Shown here: positions 20,586-32,729 of the stretch, piece by piece
How positions within the stretch are numbered: position 1 is the stretch's first letter
Layout of the letters: each line of letters opens with the position of its first letter
IMG/VR virus record: IMGVR_UViG_3300014502_000006
Location: 11,147-75,146 of that record
Reading direction: 5' to 3' (one strand)
Length of the DNA stretch: 64,000 nt
Source: a virus
The notes under the pieces: generated by a model
What the model saw: the letters and a program-made list of their open reading frames with translations, nothing else
Database searches by the model: none
Told to the model about the DNA's origin: nothing
Position numbers and translations under genes: made by a program

Positions 20586-22409
20586 CTAGGATACAGTAAA
20601 CGCTGCCAAGAACGCTTCTTCATCAGTTCCTGTATTCCTGTCTTTCAATAGCTCTGTATCCATTAAGGACACGTAATAATTAAGATAACTGCACGAGGTA
20701 TAACGGTCTTTTCTAGCCCCGGCAGGTTCAATCAAACGAACTAATCCATTCGCTAATGCCATTTCCAATGCAATCGATTCGTTTATCAGTAAGGTTGTTT
20801 GTAAATGTGCTTGCAGCAAATATGCTCTGATACCAGTATTATCTTGGTCTAAGATATCTTTGTTGCCAGATTTTATCAAAAAGTCCTCCTCGGTATTATC
20901 ATCAACTAAAAACGTCAATAATTTTTTCTTTAGCCTTTCCCTGAATTTAACTGCTATCATCGAGTTTAACTGTGCGGTAGCAGAGATTGGGAAGATACAA
21001 CCCTTTGCTTCTTTCCCAAGAGTTCTGGCTATCAGTTCTTCATAAACCTTGTCGTCAACATTTTCGGAATTCATCGCCGTATAAGGCGGATACTCAATAT
21101 TTCTTGTCTCATCCTTGGTTACAGATGAAAGCGCATCGAACACACTAATACCCGCATTTGCCAAGTCTAATACAAGAATATCTCCCTGAAACTCCTCATA
21201 TATTTGTTTTATACGCAAAGCTTGTAAACTTGTATTTTTGCCATTATGGGATTCCATATAGCATATTTCTGTCATCCAACCTTTCCTGCTTGGGAATAAT
21301 CTTCCGCAAGTTATAATCGTATTATCGTTCGTAGACCCGGCACGCATAGCCACGTCTACAGAAACAATACGCATTTCGTCTCCTGTTTTTGGTATATCGT
21401 AAGGGTTTTTTCTTGTGGTTATATACATCTCATCGGTTATTGGTCTCCAACTTCTTTTTATGGAACGATTGAACAAGCCAAGCTTATAAAAAGAATTTGT
21501 TGAAGAGCCATACGGGATATTGCCATATTCCATCAAGAAAGTAATTGGGTCGAGGTCTCTTTTCTCCTTTGCCATCTGCTTTTTGGTTTTTATGCCATGA
21601 TGTAAAGATATCCAGTAATCAAAGAAAATTCCCTTGATATCCGGGTCATCGTTTGCCATCATCTTTATGAATTTCTTGGCTTCCGCCCACCATTCATAGG
21701 ATTTATAATATACGCTCGAAATAATGATTTCCAAAGGTTCTTCCCGTAGCTCTTCTGTTTCCGCATATTCTGCCTTTTTCAGATATGGAGGTTGACGAGC
21801 AACCAAGAAAGGGCGTATGATTGAATCAATGATAACAGTTGGAATTAAACGCCTTTCCTCCAGCACGGTTACATGACTTCTGTGCCCACGTCCACCTTCA
21901 CCCGATACCACCACGTTTATTTTTGAACCGTTTACAAAGGTCATTTCCCATTTGTTCTGGTTGGTGACAATGCTTACGGTTTCTCTTGCAATATTAGGGT
22001 GTTCGTTATGCAGACTGACACATTTTTCAGAGATAATTAAGCCAGCCTGTGCTTTTGTAGAAGAAGCCAAAGCCACGATTGTACCCGGATAAAGAATGCA
22101 ACGCGCAATTGCATATACAGCGATAAGCCAACTTTTTGCACTGGCGCGAGACGCATATCCAATAAATTCAGTAGAACGGGAAATAAGATTAATCCAAAAA
22201 CGCTGATAAGGATATAGTTTTACATCCATGTAATGTTCCACAAAATAGCTAGGGTTTTTTCTGTAGAAAGTAATCCAAGATTTTAACCTGTCTATTTTCT
22301 GTCTGGTCATTCCCTTGTCTGTCACCATTTTAACAGGCTCGCCCTGTCTAGAATAAGGTTTCATGTTTCTCAGAAAAGGGGAATCGGTTCTCTGTATTTT
22401 TTTTGGCAT
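20586..22409 (-). CDS. terL: Terminase large subunit
   Basis: LYPYQ (Q motif), ASRASAKS (Walker A variant), RGHRSHVTVLEE (Walker B), IISS, FLMEY, VSVDVA and KDRYTS nuclease motifs. Confidence 0.9.
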   Translation of the reverse strand: MPKKIQRTDSPFLRNMKPYSRQGEPVKMVTDKGMTRQKIDRLKSWITFYRKNPSYFVEHYMDVKLYPYQRFWINLISRSTEFIGYASRASAKSWLIAVYAIARCILYPGTIVALASSTKAQAGLIISEKCVSLHNEHPNIARETVSIVTNQNKWEMTFVNGSKINVVVSGEGGRGHRSHVTVLEERRLIPTVIIDSIIRPFLVARQPPYLKKAEYAETEELREEPLEIIISSVYYKSYEWWAEAKKFIKMMANDDPDIKGIFFDYWISLHHGIKTKKQMAKEKRDLDPITFLMEYGNIPYGSSTNSFYKLGLFNRSIKRSWRPITDEMYITTRKNPYDIPKTGDEMRIVSVDVAMRAGSTNDNTIITCGRLFPSRKGWMTEICYMESHNGKNTSLQALRIKQIYEEFQGDILVLDLANAGISVFDALSSVTKDETRNIEYPPYTAMNSENVDDKVYEELIARTLGKEAKGCIFPISATAQLNSMIAVKFRERLKKKLLTFLVDDNTEEDFLIKSGNKDILDQDNTGIRAYLLQAHLQTTLLINESIALEMALANGLVRLIEPAGARKDRYTSCSYLNYYVSLMDTELLKDRNTGTDEEAFLAAFTVS

Positions 22410-22413
22410 GGCG

Positions 22414-23424
22414 TTATTCCTCGTCTACCGTTCCATCGTCAATGCCTTCAAATTTAGCGGTTTCCTCATCGGTTAATGCAAACTCGTCTTCGTCCTTATC
22501 TCCTTCTTCTACGTTAAAATCTTTACTGTTTGTGATAAAATTTTTTAAAGGTCTTACCACGTATTTTTGAAAATATTCTTCCACATTGCCTACATCTCTA
22601 TACATATCTCCGCGCGGGTCGGTGGATAGCCATTGCGCTGGCTCTTCTTTTTCTATATCCTCTATCCATAGCCCAAATGTTTCCAAGCCTTTATCGGCGT
22701 TGGCTGCATTAACAGCGTTTGGAGAGATAGCCAGATGTATCATTAACTCCTGCAACTCTTTTACCAACTTGGAAGTATCGTTCGGTGGGGTGTTTGCCCT
22801 TGCAGATTTAATATCCAGCATGGTATAACATACCTGCTTGAGTAAAACAATTTCTGCATAGGTATCTGCTTTATGGGTTTGCTTGAAATTTGCATATTGC
22901 TGTTCCAAAAACTCAATATCGTCTCTTTTTAAATCCTTACCCCAAAATGTAACAACATCCTGCGGAATAGGTATCTCTTTGGTATTGATTGCTTCGGTAG
23001 TGAAAATAGTACCTACATCTTCATAGGTCTGGTCTTCCATACCTTGTTTATCCATGCTCTTTTTAGTAGCGGTCAATTTCATTTTAAAAATACTAAAGAT
23101 GGCGTTGACTTTCTTTCCACTTTCCAGCAGAGTATTGATGTGAGCCTTTGTTGCAGAAACAGCCTCATTGGAAAATTGCACGTTCAAAGACGTGCATAGT
23201 TTATGTATCGTCTTTTCCATGCTGTTACTTTCTGCATACAATTTATCATACATCAATTGGATGCAATCTTTGCAAACGCTCATCAAACCGTTCGCATCAA
23301 TAAAGCCAGCATCCACGCAATCATAGAATTCCGAAGCAGGGCGCATTTGCATACACTTTCTGCAATAGGATTCTTTGATAACAACACCTGTCTTGGTGGT
23401 TATTTCTTTCAATTCTCTTGGCAT
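22414..23424 (-). CDS. Putative terminase small subunit (N-terminal Cys4 Zn finger)
   Basis: Directly upstream of terL; CRKC...CKDC. Start moved to MPRELK (23424) with GGAGG RBS. Confidence 0.55.
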   Translation of the reverse strand: MPRELKEITTKTGVVIKESYCRKCMQMRPASEFYDCVDAGFIDANGLMSVCKDCIQLMYDKLYAESNSMEKTIHKLCTSLNVQFSNEAVSATKAHINTLLESGKKVNAIFSIFKMKLTATKKSMDKQGMEDQTYEDVGTIFTTEAINTKEIPIPQDVVTFWGKDLKRDDIEFLEQQYANFKQTHKADTYAEIVLLKQVCYTMLDIKSARANTPPNDTSKLVKELQELMIHLAISPNAVNAANADKGLETFGLWIEDIEKEEPAQWLSTDPRGDMYRDVGNVEEYFQKYVVRPLKNFITNSKDFNVEEGDKDEDEFALTDEETAKFEGIDDGTVDEE

Positions 23425-23461
23425 TTCGCCCTCCAGACAAACATAAAATCTGAATTTTATT

Positions 23462-23503
23462 TGGTGCGGAAGGAATCGAACCTTCCTAAACAGCCAGTGC
23501 ACC
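23462..23503 (-). ncRNA. tRNA minihelix-like element (acceptor-like stem plus T-arm only)
   Basis: GGTGC-ACTGGCTGTTTA-GGAAGG-TTCGATT-CCTTCC-GCACC-A; canonical T-loop, no D or anticodon arm. Confidence 0.5.
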
Positions 23504-23514
23504 GGTTTTTATAA

Positions 23515-23781
23515 TTAACCCTGTGGGACTTCTGAAGCAGGGATGGGTTCAGGAGCAGGTGGAACAACTGGAGCAGGGGCAACTTTATCTATCTCAGCTT
23601 GTATTCCTGCTACTACTGTGGTGATTTGCTGTGCATTGACAGCAATAGCAGCCAAAAGTTTGCTCTCTATATCGTTGGCTAATTCTTCTATCTTGGCAGT
23701 AGCAAGATTACCCTGTACAACAAGGTCAGCCAGAGCCGCATTTACAATATCAACACTAACCATTTCTATTCTCCTTTCCAA
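23515..23781 (-). CDS. Small coiled-coil protein with Pro-rich tail
   Basis: Ala/Ile heptads then PAPVVPPAP; true start may be the second Met (RBS AAGGAG). Architecture similar to 53474-53821. Confidence 0.5.
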   Translation of the reverse strand: MERRIEMVSVDIVNAALADLVVQGNLATAKIEELANDIESKLLAAIAVNAQQITTVVAGIQAEIDKVAPAPVVPPAPEPIPASEVPQG

Positions 23782-23785
23782 ATAC

Positions 23786-24529
23786 TTACTTTTTACTTTT
23801 AGGAAATAAGTTTGTTATAAAAGCTTCAATCAAACCACTACAGCTTCCGTTTACGGGGCTTGGGTTTGGGCTTGGGTTTTCTAAAGGGAGTTCGACTGCG
23901 GTGACAGCTTCTCCTCCATTTCTAAGTAATAGAGTAAGGTCTGCTTCCGAAATATAAGCCTTGCCGTTTATACCCCATCCGCCATCCCAAGAATTCTGAA
24001 TGCCGTATAGATTGTTCTCGGTAACCTCGTTTATTAAATAAGCATGCCCACCTGCCACATCTCCTGTGGCGTGCACAATGTTATCCGCATCCGGGGTGAA
24101 CATGTTATTTGTCCATGTCGTACCCATGATAACTGGGCCTTGAGTGAGCAACCAGTATTTTAGTTCTGCAACAGATGCAGCAAACGCATAAGCGTTCATT
24201 CTACCTGCGCTTTTTAGCACCTTTGCGATAGAGCGTACACTTGAACCGTTTTCTTGATTTGGTTCTCCATCAATTATTTTACATTTATAATAGAAATTAT
24301 GCCCATCCTGATTAGTATAATTATCCTGCACAGGATTGCAGATACCCCAATCCGCACCGCTAAAGCCCACGCAGTGTGGGGTTTCTCCTTGGTTTAAAGG
24401 CTCAGCAAGAAAATCCCACTTCATGCTTTTAGGGACTGGAAGGTTATAATAATCCTTTGCCATAAACGCAGAGAGAGCCATATCTCTTGCATCGAACGCG
24501 GAAGGATTTCTACCAAGATAAAATTTCAT
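23786..24529 (-). CDS. Papain-like (C1A) cysteine peptidase
   Basis: NQG..PHCVGFS (Gln, Cys), GGHAY (His), QNSW (Asn), WG..G..YIS. Start moved to MKFYLG (24529) with GGAG RBS. Confidence 0.85.
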   Translation of the reverse strand: MKFYLGRNPSAFDARDMALSAFMAKDYYNLPVPKSMKWDFLAEPLNQGETPHCVGFSGADWGICNPVQDNYTNQDGHNFYYKCKIIDGEPNQENGSSVRSIAKVLKSAGRMNAYAFAASVAELKYWLLTQGPVIMGTTWTNNMFTPDADNIVHATGDVAGGHAYLINEVTENNLYGIQNSWDGGWGINGKAYISEADLTLLLRNGGEAVTAVELPLENPSPNPSPVNGSCSGLIEAFITNLFPKSKK

Positions 24530-24544
24530 ATGCTCTCCAATATA

Positions 24545-24572
24545 TATGGGCGGGGGATTCACCCCGCCCATA
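24545..24572. terminator. GC-rich hairpin, possible terminator
   Basis: tatgggcgggg-N-ccccgcccata in the intergenic gap. Confidence 0.5.
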
Positions 24573-24584
24573 CTCTAATTGATA

Positions 24585-25229
24585 TTAACTAACAAAGTAA
24601 AGGTCTAGTTTTTTAACGCCGTTCATTGTACCGGCGACAGACCAAACACACAGGCTGAGCGTAGCACTAGCGGTAAACGAACCAGCATCATTTGTGCCAT
24701 TGAAATCATGTGCAAGCAAAAGAGCAGCATCGTTTAGGGCAACCGGCAAGCCGATTTTAACACCACGACCAAGGGATACCGTATCACCCGGAGCGCTTCT
24801 GGCAGGAAAATCAATGGAAGTAATTGTTGCGAAAGCCACAACACCATTTGTAGTGGTAGCATTCCCTTCAGCAATCGTATCGCTGACAACATTACCGGCA
24901 TAATCCGTACCATGCACAACTACGTTGCCAACTTGGTTGGCGGACGTAGTGATGCTAACTGTTCTTGGTACATCCGGGCTGGTGATACCGGTGATAACAC
25001 CGGGTTGTGCTAGTCCGGTCAAAGTAAGGGCTGCGTGTACAGAAACCAAATCGTCCACGAGAGGGGCAGTGGTATATTTTACCTCAGCAACCGCAGAAAA
25101 AATACCCGTAGAAGAAGATGGTGGAGTAATTCCACCCGTGAGAATTGTGCCAAGACCACCGGCACGCTGTGAAGCAACGTTCATATGGTCTAAATCATAA
25201 ATCATTTTCGCAGTTAAGGCTTTTGACAT
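24585..25229 (-). CDS. Putative virion protein, paralog A2
   Basis: First 28 aa identical to 25247-25897 and similar throughout; beta-rich. Confidence 0.55.
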   Translation of the reverse strand: MSKALTAKMIYDLDHMNVASQRAGGLGTILTGGITPPSSSTGIFSAVAEVKYTTAPLVDDLVSVHAALTLTGLAQPGVITGITSPDVPRTVSITTSANQVGNVVVHGTDYAGNVVSDTIAEGNATTTNGVVAFATITSIDFPARSAPGDTVSLGRGVKIGLPVALNDAALLLAHDFNGTNDAGSFTASATLSLCVWSVAGTMNGVKKLDLYFVS

Positions 25230-25246
25230 TTTAAATTATCCTTATA

Positions 25247-25897
25247 TTAATTGACAAAGTAAAGGTCAACTTTTTTAACGCCATCCATTGTTCCGCTGAT
25301 AGCGCAGACGCATAGGCTGAGAGTTGCACTAGGAGTAAACGCACCGCCATCGGCTGCACCATCGAAATCATGTGCAAGCAGAAGTGCGGCATCTGCCAGA
25401 GCTACCGGCAAACCAATCTTAGCACCACGCCCAATAGAAACCGTATCTGTACCAGCATGCGTCTGTACAGGGAAGTCAATTGACGTAATCGTTGCGAAAG
25501 CAACCACACCCAAAACTTCTACAGCAGCATTCAAAGCAATCGTATCGCTGACAACTGTGCCAGCATAATCTGTGCCGTGAATTACAACGTTACCGCCGAT
25601 ACCAGCCGCATTACCCTTGATGGTAACATTTCTTGGCACATCTGGCTGAATGATACCAGCGGTATAACCAGTCTGTGCAAGAGCAGTCAGCGGAATTGCT
25701 GCGAGTGTACCGGTTGCGCTTTTAACAGAAGGAGCGGTAGTATATTTTATACGTGAAACCGCAGAAAAAGTACCCGTAGATGAAGATGGCGGAGTAATTC
25801 CACCTGAGAGAATCGTACCGAGACCACCAGCACGCTGTGAAGCGACATTCATGTGGTCTAAATCATAAATCATTTTTGCAGTTAAAGCTTTTGACAT
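25247..25897 (-). CDS. Putative virion protein, paralog A1
   Basis: Start moved to MSKALT (25897), supported by GGAGG and by the paralog alignment. Confidence 0.55.
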   Translation of the reverse strand: MSKALTAKMIYDLDHMNVASQRAGGLGTILSGGITPPSSSTGTFSAVSRIKYTTAPSVKSATGTLAAIPLTALAQTGYTAGIIQPDVPRNVTIKGNAAGIGGNVVIHGTDYAGTVVSDTIALNAAVEVLGVVAFATITSIDFPVQTHAGTDTVSIGRGAKIGLPVALADAALLLAHDFDGAADGGAFTPSATLSLCVCAISGTMDGVKKVDLYFVN

Positions 25898-25972
25898 TTT
25901 GTATCCTCCTTGATTGGATTGATTAAATTGTTCGTCAGGCAAGCATCGAAGTCTTGAGTGGCGAGATGAATG

Positions 25973-25995
25973 AAAAACATCGCATGTGTGCGATG
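25973..25995 (-). terminator. Intrinsic terminator
   Basis: CATCGCA-CACA-TGCGATG-TTTTT. Confidence 0.65.
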
Positions 25996-26016
25996 GTATA
26001 ACTTATAAAATTTTGC

Positions 26017-26349
26017 CTAACCCTCAGCGTCTACTTCTGCCCAATCAGTACCAGTCCATCTTTTTAATTTTTTTGAGGTGAACGTAGCTCCATCATAAAC
26101 TTCTAGTTTTGCTTTTACCCAAGCAGTACCCGTCCATCTTTTTAAAATACCATAATATGTAGTAAGTAGTTCGAAATTAACTCTATGAAAAGTTGGTAGG
26201 GTATAGGCGACTTCATCAAAATCTATCGCATCTAAAGATGGTTCACTATACGAAGATAGTATGGATTGATATGTGCTTATGTCTGGTTTGATATAGGCAG
26301 ATGTAAGGGAAAAATTTACAGCATCAAGTGCGGGTTTATTGTATATCAT
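26017..26349 (-). CDS. Small fibre-associated protein with LKRWTG..W repeats
   Basis: LKRWTGTAW / LEVYDGATF / LKRWTGTDW beta-hairpin repeats. Confidence 0.5.
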   Translation of the reverse strand: MIYNKPALDAVNFSLTSAYIKPDISTYQSILSSYSEPSLDAIDFDEVAYTLPTFHRVNFELLTTYYGILKRWTGTAWVKAKLEVYDGATFTSKKLKRWTGTDWAEVDAEG

Positions 26350-26358
26350 ATTTTACCT

Positions 26359-27147
26359 CTATTGAGATAAAAACGGGCTTCCGGGTGCAGTGTAATAAAC
26401 ACCTCCGGTTGTATACTGAACAAATGCCGCACCTACCTTGCCGGATACAATTGATGAACTCCATGTTCCATCAGTTGGTGTTGTAATTACTTCAACAAGG
26501 ATTGGATTGGTTAGTAAGTTGTCGTCTGCTTGAATCACAATAACTTTTGCACCTACAACCGGAGAAGCGTTCAGTGTAACCGTACCGCTGATTGAAAATG
26601 TTGATAATGCCTCTTCTTCAAACATAACTTCAACAAAGTAGTTATTAGCTATAGCAGAATTACTTGTTCCTGCTGCCGCAATTACTTGAACCAGAATCTC
26701 ATCACTTGGACGAAGTTTAAATTCCATACCTGCGTTGCCGACTATACCGGGCAACAGATTTTTTCCAATATTAGGTCTCTGTTGTTCAACTGCTGTATGC
26801 ATCCTGTTATCAAATTTTTCCCATATAGTAATTCCGGGGGTAGCAGTAATACGAGCCATTTCTAGTAATGCTGCCCTGAATACCACATTGGGGTCAGATG
26901 ACTGTGTGGTATCAAATCCGGTTTTTTCCACAAGTTGTCCGCCGCTTATTGCTGTAGCCCTGCTTGCTCTTAACAAAGGGGTCACTACTGCAAGAACTAC
27001 TGTATCATCTACTGAAATGTTTATTGAACGAATATTTACATTTACGCGCGATGCAGATTGGTTTTCAATAGAAAACAGGTTCTGAGTGACAGCATCGTTC
27101 CCCAAAATAACATGGGTTCTAGCCATCCCTCTATACGTTATGGTCAT
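26359..27147 (-). CDS. Putative virion protein, paralog B2, with C-terminal prealbumin/Ig-like domain
   Basis: N-terminal domain paralogous to 27148-27681 (QNLFSIEN, SRAT..GG, FDT..SS); C-terminal ISGTVTLN..PV.GAKV. Confidence 0.5.
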   Translation of the reverse strand: MTITYRGMARTHVILGNDAVTQNLFSIENQSASRVNVNIRSINISVDDTVVLAVVTPLLRASRATAISGGQLVEKTGFDTTQSSDPNVVFRAALLEMARITATPGITIWEKFDNRMHTAVEQQRPNIGKNLLPGIVGNAGMEFKLRPSDEILVQVIAAAGTSNSAIANNYFVEVMFEEEALSTFSISGTVTLNASPVVGAKVIVIQADDNLLTNPILVEVITTPTDGTWSSSIVSGKVGAAFVQYTTGGVYYTAPGSPFLSQ

Positions 27148-27681
27148 TTACACCTCTTCCCAAGCACATGCCACAATATAATGGTTGGTTGCAGGGTTAG
27201 AACCACCTGCTGGAGCAACAACCTGAACCAGCATAGCTTGATTCTGACGAAGAATAAAATCTTGTGTATCAACAATATAAGGCAATAACTCACTATCGGG
27301 CATGAGTATCTGTCCAACAGCGGTATGCACGCGCATCACGAACTGTTCCCATATAGCATCACCTGCCGTGGCGGTAGGGCCGGAGTTTGCACCACCATCA
27401 GATGATGTTGAGCATCGGCAGATAGTATTGGCATTAGATGAATTGTTGGTGTCAAACTGAGCCTTGTTAAGAGTAGTACCACCAGTGGGTACGCCTGTTG
27501 CTCTTGACACACGATAAATAGGTGTAACGGTTGCAAGTGCAACTGTTTCATCTGCCATCACAATTAAACGCCTTATCTTTACCAAGTTCGACCCGTCTAT
27601 GTTCTCAATTGAGAAAAGGTTTTGAGGCGTAGCTGCTGTACCTACCATACGCCATGTAGCGACTGAAAAATATCCTGCCAT
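27148..27681 (-). CDS. Putative virion protein, paralog B1
   Basis: Paralog of the N-terminal domain of 26359-27147. Confidence 0.5.
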   Translation of the reverse strand: MAGYFSVATWRMVGTAATPQNLFSIENIDGSNLVKIRRLIVMADETVALATVTPIYRVSRATGVPTGGTTLNKAQFDTNNSSNANTICRCSTSSDGGANSGPTATAGDAIWEQFVMRVHTAVGQILMPDSELLPYIVDTQDFILRQNQAMLVQVVAPAGGSNPATNHYIVACAWEEV

Positions 27682-27693
27682 TTTTATCTCCTT

Positions 27694-28023
27694 TTAATTT
27701 GTATCAACCCATAGGTCTCCGGCAACAGCACCTATAGGGCTTACCGTATCAACCGTTATTGTTGTTAATCCATTTCCGGTTATACCTGGGCCGGTTACAC
27801 CAGTATCTCCTATACCAGTCACACCAGTATCGCCAGCAACAGTAGAAGCTGCTCCGGTAACGCCCGTAGCACCTATACCGGTAACACCTGTAGCACCGGT
27901 AATTCCGCCCATGCCGGTTACACCGGTATCACCCGGATTACCCAAGCCGGTTACTCCCTGTATTCCTTGGGAAACATATTTCCATGTAGCCGTCACCGGG
28001 TCATAATATTTTAATTGTGACAT
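27694..28023 (-). CDS. Short Gly-X-Thr collagen-like fibre protein
   Basis: MSQLKYYD...WKYVSQG, GVT repeats, C-terminal GDLWVDTN. Confidence 0.7.
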   Translation of the reverse strand: MSQLKYYDPVTATWKYVSQGIQGVTGLGNPGDTGVTGMGGITGATGVTGIGATGVTGAASTVAGDTGVTGIGDTGVTGPGITGNGLTTITVDTVSPIGAVAGDLWVDTN

Positions 28024-28050
28024 GCGCTATGCTCCTTCTTGCTGATTAAT

Positions 28051-28899
<849 letters not shown>

Positions 28900-28912
28900 T
28901 TTCTGCCTCCTG

Positions 28913-29284
28913 CTATTTAACACGCAATACCAGTACACCCGCTAGAACAGTTTGAACATAACTGTCAGGTGCTGGTGTTGTCCAGTTCATATACCAACCA
29001 TGCTTTGCCGGTAACAAGTTTATCAAATCATTTTCTGTTATTATTATATTCATCTGTCCTAGCGAATAATTGGTCACATCAACAGTAACTTCAATTTCGC
29101 TGCTGCCATCTTCAGGAATGACGTAGGCATTAAAAGTATAATCTGTTAAATCCATATTAAAAACGTTATCCTGATAAGTATATTGCCATTCGATTGAAAA
29201 AACGAGGTCGTTGCCTTTGACCATTTCAATGTTTAATTCGCCCGGAACTTGAGTAACATAATTACTTACTGTCGAATTTGTCAT
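28913..29284 (-). CDS. BppU-N-like adaptor domain protein
   Basis: LNIE..KGND..F...DLTDYTF...VLAG.L.L pattern; paralog of 48338-48658. Confidence 0.55.
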   Translation of the reverse strand: MTNSTVSNYVTQVPGELNIEMVKGNDLVFSIEWQYTYQDNVFNMDLTDYTFNAYVIPEDGSSEIEVTVDVTNYSLGQMNIIITENDLINLLPAKHGWYMNWTTPAPDSYVQTVLAGVLVLRVK

Positions 29285-29313
29285 ATATCGACCTCCTTTT
29301 TAAAATCATTATT

Positions 29314-30426
29314 TTATTTCAAACGTTCTATGCAAACCTCACAAACCTGCCATGTATCATATTTAGCATTATCTTCTGCAAAAGCAAGGTACAGGTTTTG
29401 CGCACCTGAGGTAACCGCTGTGCTTGCCGGGGTTAGAACTGTTATTTCCGCATTTGAATCCGTACCCTCTGCGGTGGTAATATGATTCTGGCAAACTCCT
29501 GTTGTCCAGATATGAGTAGTATCTACACCGGTTAGAATGAATTCAACAGCCCAATATGTTGTTTGGGTTGTACTTGTTGCTATTGGTATAAAAAAATATG
29601 GCGATAATTGAGTAGCACCCCAAAAACATGCCATCTCAGCGTTTCTTGCACTACTGCTAGAAGCTTGAAAGTTACCAATTGCTTTTACTCTCCAAACACT
29701 ACCAGCAGCCGCCGTACTCGACAATACAGGCGATGGATTATTATAGCTGGTTGTTGACATGGTGTATGTCCAGTCAGCGGTTAAACCAACCGATATACCG
29801 AGATACACACCCATTGCACCGGTTTGCCCTGTTACCCCGGTTGCACCCGATGTGAGTCCGGTTACACCTATTCTTGTAGCACCGGTTATGCCTATTGCAC
29901 CGGTCACACCTGTTTGACCCTTCAAACCGGTAACTCCTGTATTGCCTATTAGATTTACACCTGTTATGCCGGTTAACCCCTGCGAGCCGGTTACTCCGGT
30001 TGCACCCGTAGTTCCGGTTGCACCGGGTTTTCCCAAACCGGTAACTCCAATCGCACCGGTTACACCCGTGCTACCCACTTTTCCTGTTTGCCCGGTTATT
30101 TGTAAACCGGTAACGCCTGTTTTGCCCTGCAAACCGGTGACTCCTGTCGCACTACCCTGTAAGCCGGTAACGCCGGTACTGGTTATTCCGGTAACACCCA
30201 CCAAGCCAGTAACACCGGTATTGCCCCCTGCACCGGTTACTCCGGTTGCACCCGCACCGCCTAAACCTGTAATTCCCTGTAAGCCGGTAACTCCGGTATT
30301 AGTACCCGGTAAACCGGTTACGCCAATAGCGCTTCCTAAACCAGTTACACCGGTATTACCTAATACTCCTACGGAAACATATTTCCAACTAGAAGTGCCA
30401 GCATCCCAAATTTTTAATTGTGACAT
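29314..30426 (-). CDS. Gly-X-Thr collagen-like fibre protein with beta-rich head, paralog C3
   Basis: [12 protein letters not shown] start, GVT repeats, head ending IERLK. Confidence 0.75.
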   Translation of the reverse strand: MSQLKIWDAGTSSWKYVSVGVLGNTGVTGLGSAIGVTGLPGTNTGVTGLQGITGLGGAGATGVTGAGGNTGVTGLVGVTGITSTGVTGLQGSATGVTGLQGKTGVTGLQITGQTGKVGSTGVTGAIGVTGLGKPGATGTTGATGVTGSQGLTGITGVNLIGNTGVTGLKGQTGVTGAIGITGATRIGVTGLTSGATGVTGQTGAMGVYLGISVGLTADWTYTMSTTSYNNPSPVLSSTAAAGSVWRVKAIGNFQASSSSARNAEMACFWGATQLSPYFFIPIATSTTQTTYWAVEFILTGVDTTHIWTTGVCQNHITTAEGTDSNAEITVLTPASTAVTSGAQNLYLAFAEDNAKYDTWQVCEVCIERLK

Positions 30427-30438
30427 ATGGCTCTCCTT

Positions 30439-31569
<1,131 letters not shown>

Positions 31570-31584
31570 ATGCGCCTCTTTTCC

Positions 31585-32691
31585 TTATTCCAGACGTTCT
31601 ATGGAAATTTGGTCAATAGTAAAAACATCGCCAGTACGCGGTAAAAACAAAAATTGGAAATCAATAGTTTGTGCGCCACTGCTAACCGTAGTGCTGGCTG
31701 TTTGCATTAAAATTATCTCGCCAATAGTATCTGTACCATCTGGTTTTGCAAGATGGTTGAAAAGGACTGCCTTAGTATATACGGTAGTCGTATCACCGCC
31801 GATTATATAATAATCGCACTCCCAACCCGCTGTGAAAGCACTGCCGGAGGCTGATAGTGCCCCCGATATGGCAGGTAAGGCAGTTGCACCCCAAAACGCT
31901 TTCATATAAACAGTATTTGCTGATACCGAAGTTCCAGTTATAAGCTTGCCGTTTGCGCGAATTCTCCATGATGATGTTGCTGTTGCTGTTTGACTTGTTA
32001 AAGTAACGCCGCCAGTAATATAACTTGCACTGTTAATAGTTGCGGGGCTGAGTAAAGCACCGGAATATGACAGGAACGCCCCGGTTACGCCAGTTGCTCC
32101 AGCATTTCCTCCGAGACCAGTAACACCTGTTGCACCGCCAGCGTCGGTTTGTCCTGTTACTCCGGTTGCTCCGGTTGTGCCGGTTATTCCCTGCAAACCG
32201 GTGACTCCTGTACCGCCCAAGCCGGTTACTCCTGTAGCGCCTTTAACCCCGGTTACTCCTGTAGCACTCGCTATACCGGTTACACCAGTGCTGCCAGCCA
32301 ATCCTGTTACACCGGTGCTGTTACTTAATCCTGTTACCCCTGTAGCTCCTGTAACACCTGTTGCCCCCACTAAGCCGGTTACACCTGTTAAACCAGTTAA
32401 TCCGGTTACACCAGTATTGCCGGTTAAACCGGTAACCCCGGTAGCTCCTAGACCTGTAACTCCTGTATTACCTGCTAATCCGGTTACACCCTGCGTACCG
32501 GTTACACCAGTTGCACCCACGCTTCCACTATTTGCTCCAGTATAACCTTGTATACCGGTTACACCAGTATTACCGTCCAAACCAGTAACTCCCGTATTTC
32601 CTGTACCTGCAACTCCTGTATTGCCGGGTGACCCTTGAGAGACGTATTTCCAACTGGTATCGCCCAAATTATATGCTTTTAAGTTTGGCAT
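31585..32691 (-). CDS. Gly-X-Thr collagen-like fibre protein with beta-rich head, paralog C1
   Basis: Same architecture; head ending IERLE. Confidence 0.75.
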   Translation of the reverse strand: MPNLKAYNLGDTSWKYVSQGSPGNTGVAGTGNTGVTGLDGNTGVTGIQGYTGANSGSVGATGVTGTQGVTGLAGNTGVTGLGATGVTGLTGNTGVTGLTGLTGVTGLVGATGVTGATGVTGLSNSTGVTGLAGSTGVTGIASATGVTGVKGATGVTGLGGTGVTGLQGITGTTGATGVTGQTDAGGATGVTGLGGNAGATGVTGAFLSYSGALLSPATINSASYITGGVTLTSQTATATSSWRIRANGKLITGTSVSANTVYMKAFWGATALPAISGALSASGSAFTAGWECDYYIIGGDTTTVYTKAVLFNHLAKPDGTDTIGEIILMQTASTTVSSGAQTIDFQFLFLPRTGDVFTIDQISIERLE

Positions 32692-32729
32692 GATACGTTT
32701 CTCCTTTCCAATAAAACTCTTCTTTTATG

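Noticed and set aside
23425-23502. N-terminal ORF extensions in the track (also 5177, 24571, 25942, 28938, 48679, 56773)
   Set aside because: Downstream ATGs have better RBS or paralog support, and several extensions run through RNA hairpins or neighbouring genes.
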